Below the pieces are notes generated by a model. That model saw nothing but the letters and a program-made list of their open reading frames with translations, was not told where the DNA came from and ran no database searches. Positions 36,141-47,247 of a stretch of 64,000 nt of DNA are shown here, one piece after another. Made by a program: the position numbers and the translations under genes. Position 1 is the stretch's first letter; every line of letters begins with the position of its first letter. This DNA is from Candidatus Shapirobacteria bacterium (GTDB lineage: Bacteria; Patescibacteriota; Microgenomatia; UBA12405; UBA6130). The stretch covers positions 1,093 through 65,092 of the forward strand of contig JALWDZ010000026.1 of assembly GCA_027039485.1 (NCBI GenBank), read 5' to 3'.

Positions 36141-37096
36141 CAGGCAACAACCATCAGCCAGCTAACCCAGCGCGGATAACGGCTTTGGTAATGCTTGCGG
36201 TAGAAAATGCGCATAGCTGCTACCGAGGCCCGGGCTACTTTTACTCGACCCGCTGACGATGTCTTCGCCAAGCGGCGGCTATGTTTTTTGAGCCCTGAGG
36301 CTACCCCCCGATAATGGATAATTTTGACTTGGGGCAAAAAGACTACCGGCCAATGGTGGTGATAAAGCTGGTAACAAAATTCAATATCCTCACCGTAAAA
36401 GAAATAATCTTCATCCCACCAACCAATTGCTTCACCAGCTTGACGGCGGACGAGAAGGAAAGCTCCGCTCGCCGCTTCTATTTGGTGGGGCCGACGGCTT
36501 TTTAGAAGCCAACCTAGATGGTAACCGGCAAACCAGTGGCTATAAGGAAATAGCCGCTCTAGACCACTAAAATGGCAAAACGCTCGCCAGGGAGTGGGGA
36601 AACCCCGGTGGCAGGCGTCGTCAAGACGGCCATTGGCTAATTCCAACCGCGGTGTTACCGCTCCCACTCGGGGATGGGTTATTAAATAATGCCAAGCAGT
36701 CCACAAAGTTCTCACTGGCACCACCGTATCAGGATTCAAGAAGAGAACGGTTTTCCCTCGGGCTAGCTGCACGCCAACATTATTGCCCGCTGCAAAGCCC
36801 CGGTTTTCTTCTAACGGCAAATACTTTATATCTAGCCTAGGCCCTGCTATTCGCCAGCCTTTTTTACCCTGCCAAGCAAAGCGCCGGGCACCCCGTTCCC
36901 GAAAATATTTTACTAACCGCTTCTTAACCGGCAGCGGCGAGTTGTTGTCAACAATAATAATTTCCGCCGGACGGATATCGGCTTTTAATCTTGGTGATTT
37001 TCCCGAAAAATCCACTAAACTAGCTAAAGAAGTGAACAAAAATTGATCAGCATTATAGTGAAGAATGACAATGGATAACCTTTTTTGTTCGTTCAT
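36095..37096 (-). CDS. glycosyltransferase family 2
   Basis: LSIVILHYN...IIVDNNSP, DxD/ED motif (YGEDIEFCYQL). Confidence 0.7.
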   Translation of the reverse strand: MNEQKRLSIVILHYNADQFLFTSLASLVDFSGKSPRLKADIRPAEIIIVDNNSPLPVKKRLVKYFRERGARRFAWQGKKGWRIAGPRLDIKYLPLEENRGFAAGNNVGVQLARGKTVLFLNPDTVVPVRTLWTAWHYLITHPRVGAVTPRLELANGRLDDACHRGFPTPWRAFCHFSGLERLFPYSHWFAGYHLGWLLKSRRPHQIEAASGAFLLVRRQAGEAIGWWDEDYFFYGEDIEFCYQLYHHHWPVVFLPQVKIIHYRGVASGLKKHSRRLAKTSSAGRVKVARASVAAMRIFYRKHYQSRYPRWVSWLMVVAWWLLEKYRVWRVKQR

Positions 37097-38307
37097 TGGG
37101 ATAAATCCCGATAGATCCGGTAAAGTGCTCGGGCACTTTTAGACCAGGTGTAATATTTTAGTATCAACCGCCGCCCGGCCTGGCCAATCCTCCTTTGCTG
37201 TTCCTTATTGCGCAAAAGTTTTACTGCCAGATCAATAATTTCCTGGTCATTTTTGCCCACCAAAACATCGCGTCCCCATTTGGCCCGGATGCCTTCAATA
37301 CCCTCAGGAGTAGTCACTATCGGCAACCCTAAAGACATGGCTTCGAAGAACTTGGTCCGGCTTCCCCCGCCGCTAGCCATCGGCGCCAAAAGCAACCAAC
37401 TGCGACGGTACGTTTGGCTTACATCTTCCACCTCTCCGGCCCAAACATCTTTCTGCCCCGGTAAGAAACCTTTTCGGTAAAGAAAATCGCGAGCATACTT
37501 ACCGGCTACTAAGAGGCGAGCCTCGGGCACCGCTTGTTTCACCCGCGGCCAAATATCCAGCAGCAATTTCCTGGCCCCTTCTTTGTTTTGCAGCCACTTA
37601 AAATTAGCTACTCCAAAAAGCACCGTTGGCTGGCGATACTTAGGCAATGGCTTTAACTTGAGAAAGCGCTCATTTACCCCGTTAGGCACAATATCCACCG
37701 CCCGCCGGCTTAGTTTCTCCATAATCTTCTGGTCTTCTTCAGAAACGGCAGCCAAACGGTTAGCCCGCCGCCAATAATGTACCTCCCAAAACTTCAATTT
37801 GGCAACATCAAAATAAAACGGTAATTTTAATGGCCAGCGCCACCACGGTAAAGAAGCAACATAATGTTGGTAAACAGCAAACTCAATTGTTTGATCCACC
37901 AGCAAAACCGGCGTCTTAGTTTTGGGAATATTAGGCATCAGGTAAAAGCATTCCACGTGGATCAAATCATATTTTTCCCTTTGCAATTCCTGGCGCAAAG
38001 CCTGCTTTAAAGCCGGGGAAAAATAATTGGCCACCAAAAAAGGATAGGGGCTAAAGCCGGTAAAAAGAATTTTGCGCCACTGCCAGGTTTTTCCCCGCGA
38101 AAACGTCCGCACCCGGCGGCATAATTTGTTTAATTCTTGGATATTTTGCCCCGTTTGGTCAGGCAAAAGAAAACTAAAAAGGGTGATGTCCACATCCTTG
38201 GCCAAATGTTTTAAGAGATAGAAAGACCGGGTTTGCCCTCCCGAAAACGGCGGGTAAGGCAAATACGGGGTTATCATTAAAACCTTCAACTTTTTCCTTT
38301 TTGGCAT
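37093..38307 (-). CDS. glycosyltransferase family 1
   Basis: FEAMSLGLPIVTTPEGIEGI motif, GT-B architecture. Confidence 0.65.
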   Translation of the reverse strand: MPKRKKLKVLMITPYLPYPPFSGGQTRSFYLLKHLAKDVDITLFSFLLPDQTGQNIQELNKLCRRVRTFSRGKTWQWRKILFTGFSPYPFLVANYFSPALKQALRQELQREKYDLIHVECFYLMPNIPKTKTPVLLVDQTIEFAVYQHYVASLPWWRWPLKLPFYFDVAKLKFWEVHYWRRANRLAAVSEEDQKIMEKLSRRAVDIVPNGVNERFLKLKPLPKYRQPTVLFGVANFKWLQNKEGARKLLLDIWPRVKQAVPEARLLVAGKYARDFLYRKGFLPGQKDVWAGEVEDVSQTYRRSWLLLAPMASGGGSRTKFFEAMSLGLPIVTTPEGIEGIRAKWGRDVLVGKNDQEIIDLAVKLLRNKEQQRRIGQAGRRLILKYYTWSKSARALYRIYRDLSQ

Positions 38308-39746
38308 TGGCGGAGATCAATAATAACCCAACTTTTGGTTTGCTTTACTACCCGGCAACGTTTCATTAACTGTCGCGTTAAGCTGTCAAAACTGACCGAG
38401 ACATAATGGGTTGCCCCTCGCTTAATCAGTTTGTCTACCGGCTCAGGCACCGCCGGCCAGCCGGGACGGTTTACTTGGTAGAGGAAAGCAGAATCGTTGT
38501 TATAAGGGGCAATAACTTTGGCATCTTTTGGCAAAAGTTTGTCAGCTGCCTGCCCCGCCTTGACAATAGCCCAATTGTTAATATGCCAATAACCTTGGGT
38601 CTCATACCAGCCAATCGCCAGCATCATCACTAATAAGCTAATTACGATACCGCCATTCCAAAGGAAGCGCCATTTAGTTTTTGCCTGGCGCCACCAGTAC
38701 CAGGCCCCCTGGCTGGTAAAAATAACTACCAAAGGCACAAAAGGCAATTGGTAATAATCATGGGTCACATTGCCGGTAGCAAAGTAGAAAAGAAAAACCA
38801 AAAGGCCAAAGAGCCAGCTAAAATAAAAAAGCCATTCTTCTCTTTTCTTAGGCGCCAAGAGACCGGTAATAAAAAGGGCTAAGCCGCCCCCACCAAGCAT
38901 AATTTTCGTCAGCCGTTCGTAAAATAGCCAGCGGAAAAATGCCGGCCGGAAACGAATGTGGGTCGAGTTCACCAGCCAATCAGTGCCAAACTGCCCCTCG
39001 GGATAATGGTTAATATGCCAGCGCCAGAGAAGATAGGGCCCCAATGAAACAAGCGCCAAAACTATAATCTGCCAGCGGCGGCGCCAAATTTCTTTCACCG
39101 GCAACAAAAGAAGGAGGCCAACTACAGCTGCTCCAAGAACAATCCCGTAAGGCTTAGTTAAAATCGTCAAAGCCAAAAAGATAGCGCCGGCGAGAAGTTG
39201 CCCCCAAGAGCCGCGCCGCCGCCAATAGCTTAAAAATGCCAGCGCCGTCACCCCGCAAAAGACATGCAAGGGGTCGGGCATAATAACCCGGCCATAATAC
39301 ACATTGTAAGGCATTGTTGCCCAAAGAAAAGCCGCTAAAAGAGCTACTCCCCGCCCCGAATAAAAACTTACCAGCCAATAAAGGCTAAAAACCGTCAGTG
39401 AAGAAAAGAAAATCGAAACCAGCCGGGCCGCGGCCAAATTAACGCCCCAATGACGATAAAGCGGATAAACCAAAATATTATAGAGGGGGAATTCGGCAAA
39501 AAAGTAGCGGTGAACATTTTTTGGGCCATAACTATTAAGGGCCCAGAAAGAGCCAAATTGGGGATAAAAGGGATGAAATCCTTCCTTAATAAAATTACGC
39601 GTTACCGCGGCGGTGTCAGCCTGGCGCCAAGAATGCCAGTCAGCCAACGGCCAGTGAAGATGATAAGTGCGCAAAAGGAAGGCCAAGCTAAAAATGGCAA
39701 TTAGCAGGAGAATATGGCCCCATTTAGCGCTTAGTTTTCTTTTCAT
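38286..39746 (-). CDS. GT39/ArnT-like polytopic membrane glycosyltransferase (PMT_2-like)
   Basis: About 12 TM helices, N-terminal loop with DxxxW/R (ADWHSWRQADT)-like motif, C-terminal soluble domain. Confidence 0.55.
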   Translation of the reverse strand: MKRKLSAKWGHILLLIAIFSLAFLLRTYHLHWPLADWHSWRQADTAAVTRNFIKEGFHPFYPQFGSFWALNSYGPKNVHRYFFAEFPLYNILVYPLYRHWGVNLAAARLVSIFFSSLTVFSLYWLVSFYSGRGVALLAAFLWATMPYNVYYGRVIMPDPLHVFCGVTALAFLSYWRRRGSWGQLLAGAIFLALTILTKPYGIVLGAAVVGLLLLLPVKEIWRRRWQIIVLALVSLGPYLLWRWHINHYPEGQFGTDWLVNSTHIRFRPAFFRWLFYERLTKIMLGGGGLALFITGLLAPKKREEWLFYFSWLFGLLVFLFYFATGNVTHDYYQLPFVPLVVIFTSQGAWYWWRQAKTKWRFLWNGGIVISLLVMMLAIGWYETQGYWHINNWAIVKAGQAADKLLPKDAKVIAPYNNDSAFLYQVNRPGWPAVPEPVDKLIKRGATHYVSVSFDSLTRQLMKRCRVVKQTKSWVIIDLRQCQKGKS

Positions 39747-41163
39747 AGCCCTGACTTAGTTTATACCCTAAGCCCATTAACAGCCAAAAAGAGAAAGCGT
39801 CCTTTGAAGCCTCGAAAACATCAATAAAAAAGGCATTCGCTAAAAACCCCAATAAGCTGCCAATAAAACCGGCCAGAAAAATTTTCGTTCGGCGGTCGCT
39901 TTCCCGCCAAGCCTGCCAAAAACTATTTAAAAGATGTCCCGGAATGAGGAGAAAAGCTAGAAAACCCACTAAACCAGTCTCGCCCAAGAGGCGGAGATAA
40001 TCACAGTCAGTCGCTAGCCCCAATGATGAATAGCCTAGTCCCCAGAGAGGATTTTTTGCCCAAGCCCGCCAAGCCCGGGGCCATTCGACCCGAAAACGAA
40101 TTAATGACGACCGAGCAGTCGCCGCTTTTAGTTCTTCCGGCTTAGGCCAGGTACGCACCTCCCGGATAATTGTCCGTCTCTGCTGGGCTGACTGGCCCGC
40201 CTCAGAAACTACATTGCCGGTCGCGGGCACTTGGGTTGGCGAAACAACTACCTTTTTAGCAGCTACCGGCGGTTTTTTTGGAGCCCGATGATAGCGGGCC
40301 GACGCCCTTTGCCAAAAAGCCACCACCGGCGAAACTGTAGAAACCAGGCGGGTGTTTAGCTCCCGCGAGTGCAACCCAAAGCCCAAACTAAAAGCCAGTA
40401 AAAGAAGCCAAAGAAGCCAACGACGCTGGATAACTAGGGTAATCGTCATCGCCAATAGATAAGCAACAAAAGAAATGCGCGAAGCAGTCCAAACCAAAAG
40501 CTGAAAACCGGCCAAAAAGATAAAAATTGCCACCAATCGCCAAAACCATTTTTCCGTCAATGCCAGAGCTAAAACCAAAGGCAAAACCAAAACTAGCCAG
40601 GCGGCTAAATCATAATGGCCGGCAAAAGTTGAACTGATGCGGACCCATTTATCAAGATGCAAAATAAGGCCACTGGAAAATTCAGCATTCATAGTCGAAA
40701 CCACCGGCAAACCAAAATATTTCTGGCCAATGCCATAAGCAAAAACCAAAAAAACTACCAATAAAAGAACTCGCAAAAAGCGCTCGATGCTCCTCTTATC
40801 TTCTCCGGCATCCAAAGCCAAAAAGAAAACTGCCATGTATTCTATCCGCCGCAGCCAATGCAAAAAAGCCAGATGGATGTTAATAAAATCGGTAATCCAA
40901 AAAGCGCTAAGATTAGCCAGAAAACCGGCTAACCAGAAAAGAAAAAAATATTTCCGCAGCGGCTGTCCCAATTTCCACCGGCGCCGGGCAATAATTTCCA
41001 ATAACCAAAATCCCAAAACGCCGGCAACCAACAAGTCCATCACCCGAATGGCAACATAAGTGTGCTTTACCCCCAGCAAAGGAAACTTAGGATAAAGAGG
41101 GACAGCAAAAAGCAAAACTAAAAAACCAATGCGCGCCCAGCGTGACCCTTTTAAAATTTTCAT
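39724..41163 (-). CDS. O-antigen ligase / Wzy_C-domain membrane protein (candidate O-oligosaccharyltransferase or polymerase)
   Basis: About 10-12 TM helices with a large extracytoplasmic loop, topology typical of WaaL/PglL/Wzy_C. Confidence 0.5.
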   Translation of the reverse strand: MKILKGSRWARIGFLVLLFAVPLYPKFPLLGVKHTYVAIRVMDLLVAGVLGFWLLEIIARRRWKLGQPLRKYFFLFWLAGFLANLSAFWITDFINIHLAFLHWLRRIEYMAVFFLALDAGEDKRSIERFLRVLLLVVFLVFAYGIGQKYFGLPVVSTMNAEFSSGLILHLDKWVRISSTFAGHYDLAAWLVLVLPLVLALALTEKWFWRLVAIFIFLAGFQLLVWTASRISFVAYLLAMTITLVIQRRWLLWLLLLAFSLGFGLHSRELNTRLVSTVSPVVAFWQRASARYHRAPKKPPVAAKKVVVSPTQVPATGNVVSEAGQSAQQRRTIIREVRTWPKPEELKAATARSSLIRFRVEWPRAWRAWAKNPLWGLGYSSLGLATDCDYLRLLGETGLVGFLAFLLIPGHLLNSFWQAWRESDRRTKIFLAGFIGSLLGFLANAFFIDVFEASKDAFSFWLLMGLGYKLSQGYEKKTKR

Positions 41164-42134
41164 TCTTTTAAAGCTATTCGCAAAGCCTCTCCATAAGTTT
41201 CCTTTAAATAATTATTGCCGGTTATTTTCCCTATTATCCACGCCAACAAAGCCTTAGTAAATAAAAAGAGGCGGAGCAACCATTGTTGCCAAAAGCTAAA
41301 ATGGCGGCGGTAAAAATAAAGAAGCCCTCGATAAATATGCAAAATCCTCGTTTTTCTGCCCTCGGGAGAGCTAGCGCCGCCCAGATGCACTACCTTAGCA
41401 TCCCGATAAAAACCAATCCGAAACCCTAAGCGGCGGAGCCGGTAGCACCACTCGACTTCGTCCATATACATAAAAATACCCTCGTCAAAACCTCCGGAAC
41501 GGCGGAAGACTTCCCCACGCAAAAGCATAAAAGCTCCCATCACCCAGTCCGCCGGCCCAGTTTCTGACGGCGCTTTCATCGCCGCCGCCCCCCAACGGTC
41601 CAAGAAAAGCATCTGAAAAACACGGGGCAAGGTGGGGAAGACACCCACCGACGGCTGAGGGCTTAAATCCTTATTTAAAAGGCGGCAACCGATAAGATCG
41701 TATTCCGGATGGCTAGCCAGCCAAAGCAGGCTCTGGCTAATTGCCCCTTCAACCATAACAGTATCGGAATTAAGAAGGAGCAAGTATTCACCGCGGGCCA
41801 TGCGCATGCCCTGATTATTCCCCGCCCCAAAGCCAACATTTTTCTTATTTAAAACCACCCGCAGTCGCAACCGTTGTAACAATCCTTTTTTCTTTCGCCG
41901 GTTAAAATGCTGCAAATATTCTGCCGATCCATCCTGGGAATTATTATCAATAACGATTATCTCGGCAGGGATTATTTCTTCTTCTTGCTGCCGCCGGGCT
42001 AATTCGGCTGGAGAGAAAACTAGACGGCGGTCGTAACGGGCGATCGAAACCAACAACTGCTCTAAAAGTTTCTGGGTATTAAAATTAAGAATAATAATAG
42101 ATAAAACTGGCAGAAATTGGTTATTTTTAGGCAT
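41160..42134 (-). CDS. glycosyltransferase family 2
   Basis: IIVIDNNSQDGS, FGAGNNQG, MYMDEVEWCYR motifs. Confidence 0.7.
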   Translation of the reverse strand: MPKNNQFLPVLSIIILNFNTQKLLEQLLVSIARYDRRLVFSPAELARRQQEEEIIPAEIIVIDNNSQDGSAEYLQHFNRRKKKGLLQRLRLRVVLNKKNVGFGAGNNQGMRMARGEYLLLLNSDTVMVEGAISQSLLWLASHPEYDLIGCRLLNKDLSPQPSVGVFPTLPRVFQMLFLDRWGAAAMKAPSETGPADWVMGAFMLLRGEVFRRSGGFDEGIFMYMDEVEWCYRLRRLGFRIGFYRDAKVVHLGGASSPEGRKTRILHIYRGLLYFYRRHFSFWQQWLLRLFLFTKALLAWIIGKITGNNYLKETYGEALRIALKE

Positions 42135-42723
42135 CCACCTGTCCTTTGGTTAAACGATAACTCCAAAGCATTTCTTGCCAAGCTAATTTAACCAAAAAAT
42201 AGGCCATTATCCAGCCAGCCCAAAAGAGTACCAAGCGGGCCCAAACCGGAGCCACCCACCAACGAAAACTAACTTTAGCACGCCAAACTTTACCGCCAGC
42301 AATAATTTTATTTTTCACCCGTTTACTCGGCGGGGTAAAAACATCCCGTTGCCAATCAAAACCGTTAACGAAAAGAGATTCCCTAAATGGATGAACAAAT
42401 TCTTCTAAATAATAACTTCTTTTAGTATCCTGCCAAATTTTTCTAGCGTCTTCTGGCGGATGATTCAGCATGTATTGGGGAAAAGGCAAACAAATGTTCA
42501 AAAAATGTGAACAGCGAAAAGCATGCTTACTAAAATTATGAACATCTTGGCGGTTTTTGTCGGTAAAATAGGCACTTACGCGCTGCAACTGCACCGTGTC
42601 GCCAGGCTCATTAGATTTTAAGCTTTGCGGTAGGGCCGGCGGCGGCAGAGTTGGCCCTGGCAAAAGGAGATAAATAGTTATAAATAATCCCACTAGCCAA
42701 TATAATTTGCCAAGCCATTTCAT
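42127..42723 (-). CDS. hypothetical membrane protein
   Basis: N- and C-terminal TM helices, no family recognised. Confidence 0.3.
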   Translation of the reverse strand: MKWLGKLYWLVGLFITIYLLLPGPTLPPPALPQSLKSNEPGDTVQLQRVSAYFTDKNRQDVHNFSKHAFRCSHFLNICLPFPQYMLNHPPEDARKIWQDTKRSYYLEEFVHPFRESLFVNGFDWQRDVFTPPSKRVKNKIIAGGKVWRAKVSFRWWVAPVWARLVLFWAGWIMAYFLVKLAWQEMLWSYRLTKGQVDA

Positions 42724-43364
42724 TGAAAAAGACGGCTGCGCCCTAAAGAATAATGCAACTTTTTTACTTTTCGCTGGCCGATGACTTTGGCCGGCACTCC
42801 GCCTACAATTGCCAGTGGAGGCACATCTTTAGTCACTACTGCCCCAGCGGCCACGACTGCGCCGCGGCCAATCTTAACCCCGGGGAGAATAATTGCCCGC
42901 GGCCCAATAAAAACATAATCGCCAATCTCCACTTTCTCTTCAATTGCTCGCATGTCCTCGCTGTGAACATCGTGCTCCGAGTTATAAATCATCACCTCAG
43001 AAGCAATATCCACATGATCACCAATAAGCAACGGCGCCCGGCCATCCAAAAAAGCCCGGTAGCCAACGATGGTATCCTGGCCTATTCTTACCCCTCCGGG
43101 ATAAAAAAAGCGGCAGCCACAATGAATTTTGCTTTTTGGGCCAATTTTTACCCCGGAAATTACAAAGAAAAACCGGCGCACTGCCCAAAGCGGACAATTA
43201 GTTACCCAGTTCAAAATCATCAGCCAAAAATCCAAAAGCCAGCTCTGCACCCTTTTAATCGCCTTTTCCTCAGCTTGCCGGAAATCTAATTGTCTTCCCA
43301 TCCGGTCGAGAAGAATAATCTTTGGAGGAAAAAAGGAAATATCAATATTGCTGCCAATTTTCAT
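42720..43364 (-). CDS. hexapeptide-repeat (LbH) acetyltransferase
   Basis: Left-handed beta-helix repeats ([31 protein letters not shown]). Confidence 0.7.
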   Translation of the reverse strand: MKIGSNIDISFFPPKIILLDRMGRQLDFRQAEEKAIKRVQSWLLDFWLMILNWVTNCPLWAVRRFFFVISGVKIGPKSKIHCGCRFFYPGGVRIGQDTIVGYRAFLDGRAPLLIGDHVDIASEVMIYNSEHDVHSEDMRAIEEKVEIGDYVFIGPRAIILPGVKIGRGAVVAAGAVVTKDVPPLAIVGGVPAKVIGQRKVKKLHYSLGRSRLFQ

Positions 43365-44509
43365 GATCTGCCGCGGGCAATTTCTAATAACTGGTCAAGA
43401 ATAATTTTACTACACCGCTGCCAGGTAAACAATTTTTGCCGCTGATAACCGGCTTGTATTAACTGGCGGCGCAATTTCGCATCCGTCAATAGCTTTTCCA
43501 ATCCCCAGCTAATCGCCTCAATATCATTGGGGTTCACTAAAAGGCCAGCGTTGCCCACCACTTCCGGCAAAGATCCCCTATCCGACGCCAAAACTGGCAC
43601 CTTAGCCGCCATCGCTTCCAATACTGGAATGCCAAATCCTTCCCAAAAGGAAGGCAGGGCAAATACTTTGGCACCCTTCATCAGCCATCGGGCTTCTTCG
43701 TCGGCAACAAAACCGGTAAAAATTACTTGCTTTTTTAAGCCTAAAGCTTTTACTTTTTGGAAAATATCTTGGTAAAGCCACCCCTTTTTGCCGGCAATAA
43801 CTAGCTGGATATCTTTTCTTGCCAAGCGGCGAAAAGCTTCCAAAAGGCCGCTAATGTTTTTGCTCGGCTTAAGGGTGCCTAAGTAAAGAATATAATCTTC
43901 TTTTATACCGTATTTCTTTTTTACTTTTGCCAAGCCAGAACGCTGCCGCTGCAGCGGCTCGGTCTTCTGCCAGCCAGGATAGGCAACTACTATTTTCTCC
44001 GGCTTAAGATGATAAATCTTCATAATATCTTTTTTGGTAAATTGGGAAATGGCGATGATCTTCCGGGCTCTCTTAACTGACCACCAAGTCCAATATTTTA
44101 ATTGCCAAAAATCTTTTTTGGTAAACTGCTCCGGCCAGCGCAAAAATCCCAGATCCATTATCGAAATGACAAACGGAATTGGCGAAAAACCAGGCCCATA
44201 ATGGGATGGCGAAAAGAGCACCTGGGGGCGAGGCGCGCCAAAATATAAACGCTTAACCAAACCTGTCCAGGTCCAAAAAAAGCGCGGGCCGAAAACTTCA
44301 TAATGCCACCAGCTTGTTGTTCGGGGAAGATCTTTTCGGGGCCGGCCGGCTAAAAAAACGCGCACTCCAATTTTTTCTCCATGCTTTCGGTTATGCTTTT
44401 GAATCTCCCGCCAAATCCCCCACAAAACTTCAAAAGCAAAGCGGTTGCTCCCCACCCGTTTAGCTACATTTGCCTCATTGCCATCAATAGCAATAACCAA
44501 ATCAGCCAT
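43361..44509 (-). CDS. glycosyltransferase family 1
   Basis: [23 protein letters not shown] motif. Confidence 0.7.
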   Translation of the reverse strand: MADLVIAIDGNEANVAKRVGSNRFAFEVLWGIWREIQKHNRKHGEKIGVRVFLAGRPRKDLPRTTSWWHYEVFGPRFFWTWTGLVKRLYFGAPRPQVLFSPSHYGPGFSPIPFVISIMDLGFLRWPEQFTKKDFWQLKYWTWWSVKRARKIIAISQFTKKDIMKIYHLKPEKIVVAYPGWQKTEPLQRQRSGLAKVKKKYGIKEDYILYLGTLKPSKNISGLLEAFRRLARKDIQLVIAGKKGWLYQDIFQKVKALGLKKQVIFTGFVADEEARWLMKGAKVFALPSFWEGFGIPVLEAMAAKVPVLASDRGSLPEVVGNAGLLVNPNDIEAISWGLEKLLTDAKLRRQLIQAGYQRQKLFTWQRCSKIILDQLLEIARGRS

Positions 44510-45611
44510 TGACTGCTTCCTGGTAAACAGCTAAAGTTTCCCGGGCAGTTTTAGCCCAACTGAATTGCTTCACCCGCTGCCGACCGGCCGCTACCAGCCG
44601 CTTCCTTAACTTTGCGTCCTCCAGAATTTGTTCCATTGCCTTACTAATCTGCTCGGCAGAATAGGGATCAACTAGCAACGCGGCTCGGCCAGCTATTTCC
44701 GCCATGCTGGAAAGGCTGCTAGTAATAACTGGCACCCCAAGGGCAAAAGCCTCTAAAATTGGCAGTCCGAAGCCTTCATAAAGCGAGGGGTAAATTAGTG
44801 CCCGGGCAGCAGAAAAAAGAGTGAGCATTGCCTGCCGCGGCAAGAACCCGGTTAGAACAACTCCCGGCGGCAATTTTTGCTCTGGAGCATAGTTACCCAC
44901 GATAACTAACTGTGCCTTTTCCCTTAAATTATGATTTCCGGCAAATGCCTCCATCAGCCGCGCAATGTTTTTTCGTGGCGCCATTGAGCCATAGGCTAAA
45001 AAATAAGGCCTACTAAGGCGATATTTTTTTTGCCACTGCTTTTGTTCCCCCTCTTTCACTTTGAATGTTGCCGCATCCCGGGGCACCCCTTCATAAACAA
45101 CCCTTAGGCGCTCCTCTTCTATTCTTAATAATTTTTTTATTTCTTCCTTGGTAGCTCGAGAAACGGCAATGACCATCGCTGCCTCCTGTTTTACCCAACG
45201 AAGGCGCCTTTTTTGGACAGCCAAAATTTTTGCCGGCACCGTTTCCGGCCAACGGAGAAAAGAAAGGTCGTGAATTGTGGTCACCACTCTGGCTTTTTTA
45301 CTCGGCGGCTGGGTCCAGTCCGAAGCGTGAAAAATATCGACCCGGCCCGCTAGCCACTCTAACGGCACAATATGAGCTCGGTTCCACAAAAATTCCAAAG
45401 CGCTGGTTGGCAACAGCCATTTCCGCAAGCCGGCTCCAGAAGTTCGAATATCAGTTTCTAATTGGCGGTCGAGATGTTGGCGCAGGGACGCAAAGAAAAA
45501 AACATACTGATTTTCCCTATCTATCCGTAAAAGTTCCTGCACTAAATTTCTGGTGTAAATGCTTACCCCACCGGGGTAAACTGTTTGGGAAATATCAATC
45601 CCGATTCTCAC
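44502..45611 (-). CDS. glycosyltransferase family 1
   Basis: LEAFALGVPVITSSLSSMAEIAG motif. Confidence 0.7.
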   Translation of the reverse strand: MRIGIDISQTVYPGGVSIYTRNLVQELLRIDRENQYVFFFASLRQHLDRQLETDIRTSGAGLRKWLLPTSALEFLWNRAHIVPLEWLAGRVDIFHASDWTQPPSKKARVVTTIHDLSFLRWPETVPAKILAVQKRRLRWVKQEAAMVIAVSRATKEEIKKLLRIEEERLRVVYEGVPRDAATFKVKEGEQKQWQKKYRLSRPYFLAYGSMAPRKNIARLMEAFAGNHNLREKAQLVIVGNYAPEQKLPPGVVLTGFLPRQAMLTLFSAARALIYPSLYEGFGLPILEAFALGVPVITSSLSSMAEIAGRAALLVDPYSAEQISKAMEQILEDAKLRKRLVAAGRQRVKQFSWAKTARETLAVYQEAVNG

Positions 45612-45835
45612 TTTCTTTTCTTACTTTTTTCCGCCGTTGGTAACCATGGAAGCAAAACTCCATTCTCATCTCTAGCGTTTTCTTCCCACCACCGTCGGGC
45701 CTTTTGCATGGCTTCTGGAGAAATAGAGGGCCACCTTATAGAGTTGCCCCTCGCAGGTCCGTGCCATGTCACCTTTGCTCTTTTACTATCATAATTAGGG
45801 TCCCACCTTTCTTGTTCTACTCCTCTTTTTCCCAT
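45608..45835 (-). CDS. hypothetical small basic protein
   Basis: 75 aa ORF translationally coupled between two GT genes. No family. Confidence 0.25.
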   Translation of the reverse strand: MGKRGVEQERWDPNYDSKRAKVTWHGPARGNSIRWPSISPEAMQKARRWWEENARDENGVLLPWLPTAEKSKKRK

Positions 45836-47247
45836 TTTTCTCCTCCTACCCGGCGAAAACTAACACCTTGCCTTATTTTATACCCTCGCCGCCTTAATTG
45901 CCAGCGAATTTTGTCCCCGGGGTCAAAGATAGGCAAGCCGTAACTCACCAAAAATACTGTTTTCTTAAGCGGGCATTTGTCCAAATCGTTGGCGGTCGTT
46001 AGATAACAAACCGGCCGCTGGCCTCGAAGATAATAATCCAATGGCTTGCTTATTTGGCTTAAAACTAAAATTGGGGCTTGGTTTTGGCTTTCTTGGATTA
46101 ACCAACTGGCTAAATGGCGCCAATTTTCGCGGTGAAAACGGGAGTTGAATAAGTAAACTCCACTAAAAGCTGCCTCCAAAAAAAGAAAAATTGCCAAAAA
46201 GAGATTGCCCCATTTTGCCATCGTTTTCCCCTCCATGATTAAGAACACATACCAAAACGGCAAAACATAGAGAAAACGGAAGTAACTAAAAACAGCAATC
46301 CAATGGCTTAAAAGAAAACCTAACATCGGCGGAAAAAAGACCAAGAAAGCGATAAATTTTTCTTCAAGACTTACCCTTTTCGCTTGCCAGCGGCGCAAAA
46401 AAATTAAACTGGGCAAAAGCCAACCCAAAAGAAGCAGCACCAGGCTTGTCAGGCCGTAAAACCAGCGTGGTCGAAGACTAATCCGCCCCAAAGCAAATTT
46501 CACCGGCAAGAGCAGAGCAGCCTTGAAGCTAAAAGAACCCACCGTTTGCCGCCAAACCGGAAACTGTTGCTGCCAACCTAAGCCGGTCACCAACTGCCGC
46601 CAAAGCAAAGGGCTATACAAGAAATAAGCGATTAGCAAAACTGCCGCCAGGAATATTTGCTGATGCCAAGGAATGCGCCGCCGCCAGCAAAACCAGGCCA
46701 GCACTGGCAATAAAAAAAGGGTTAAAAAATGACTAAAGGCCATCGCTAATAAAGCCAACGCTAACCCAAGCACATTTTTCCCGGTTCTTTTTCTATCTAA
46801 AACCAACAGCCGCCAGATAACCAATTCGCCAGCCAAGAGAGCCAACATGTACATGCGGTTCTCTTGGGAATAATAAACATGCAATGGGGCCAAAACTAAA
46901 AACAGCATTAGCAGCCGCCGCCATGACCGCGGCCACTTCAAGGCGGCGGCAATTTTTCCCAAAACCCAAATCGAGATCAGGCCAAAAATCAGTGATGGCA
47001 GGCGCACCACCCACTCTTTAGAACCAAAAAGGCGGACCCAGCCCCAACTAATAAGATGGTAGAGAGGCGGATTAAAATCGCCCGGCATATAGTGCCAAAG
47101 CAAGCCCCAAAGGCTAAAATGCTGGCTAGCCCAGACTTGCACCGCCTCGTCAAGCCAAAGCGATTGGTTGATGGCAATCAGGCGAACTAGCAAAGCCAAT
47201 AAAAGAATTATTCCTTCTATCATTGCCCTAAAAGTTTTAACCACCAA
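45817..47247 (-). CDS. GT39/ArnT-like polytopic membrane glycosyltransferase
   Basis: About 12 TM, N-terminal SLWLDEAVQ (DE motif in first periplasmic loop) typical of GT-C enzymes. Confidence 0.55.
   Translation of the reverse strand: MVVKTFRAMIEGIILLLALLVRLIAINQSLWLDEAVQVWASQHFSLWGLLWHYMPGDFNPPLYHLISWGWVRLFGSKEWVVRLPSLIFGLISIWVLGKIAAALKWPRSWRRLLMLFLVLAPLHVYYSQENRMYMLALLAGELVIWRLLVLDRKRTGKNVLGLALALLAMAFSHFLTLFLLPVLAWFCWRRRIPWHQQIFLAAVLLIAYFLYSPLLWRQLVTGLGWQQQFPVWRQTVGSFSFKAALLLPVKFALGRISLRPRWFYGLTSLVLLLLGWLLPSLIFLRRWQAKRVSLEEKFIAFLVFFPPMLGFLLSHWIAVFSYFRFLYVLPFWYVFLIMEGKTMAKWGNLFLAIFLFLEAAFSGVYLFNSRFHRENWRHLASWLIQESQNQAPILVLSQISKPLDYYLRGQRPVCYLTTANDLDKCPLKKTVFLVSYGLPIFDPGDKIRWQLRRRGYKIRQGVSFRRVGGEKWEKEE

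Noticed and set aside
45608-45835. The 75-aa ORF between GT genes as a possible toxin or antitoxin
   Set aside because: No partner gene or recognisable motif. It is kept as a low-confidence hypothetical CDS only.
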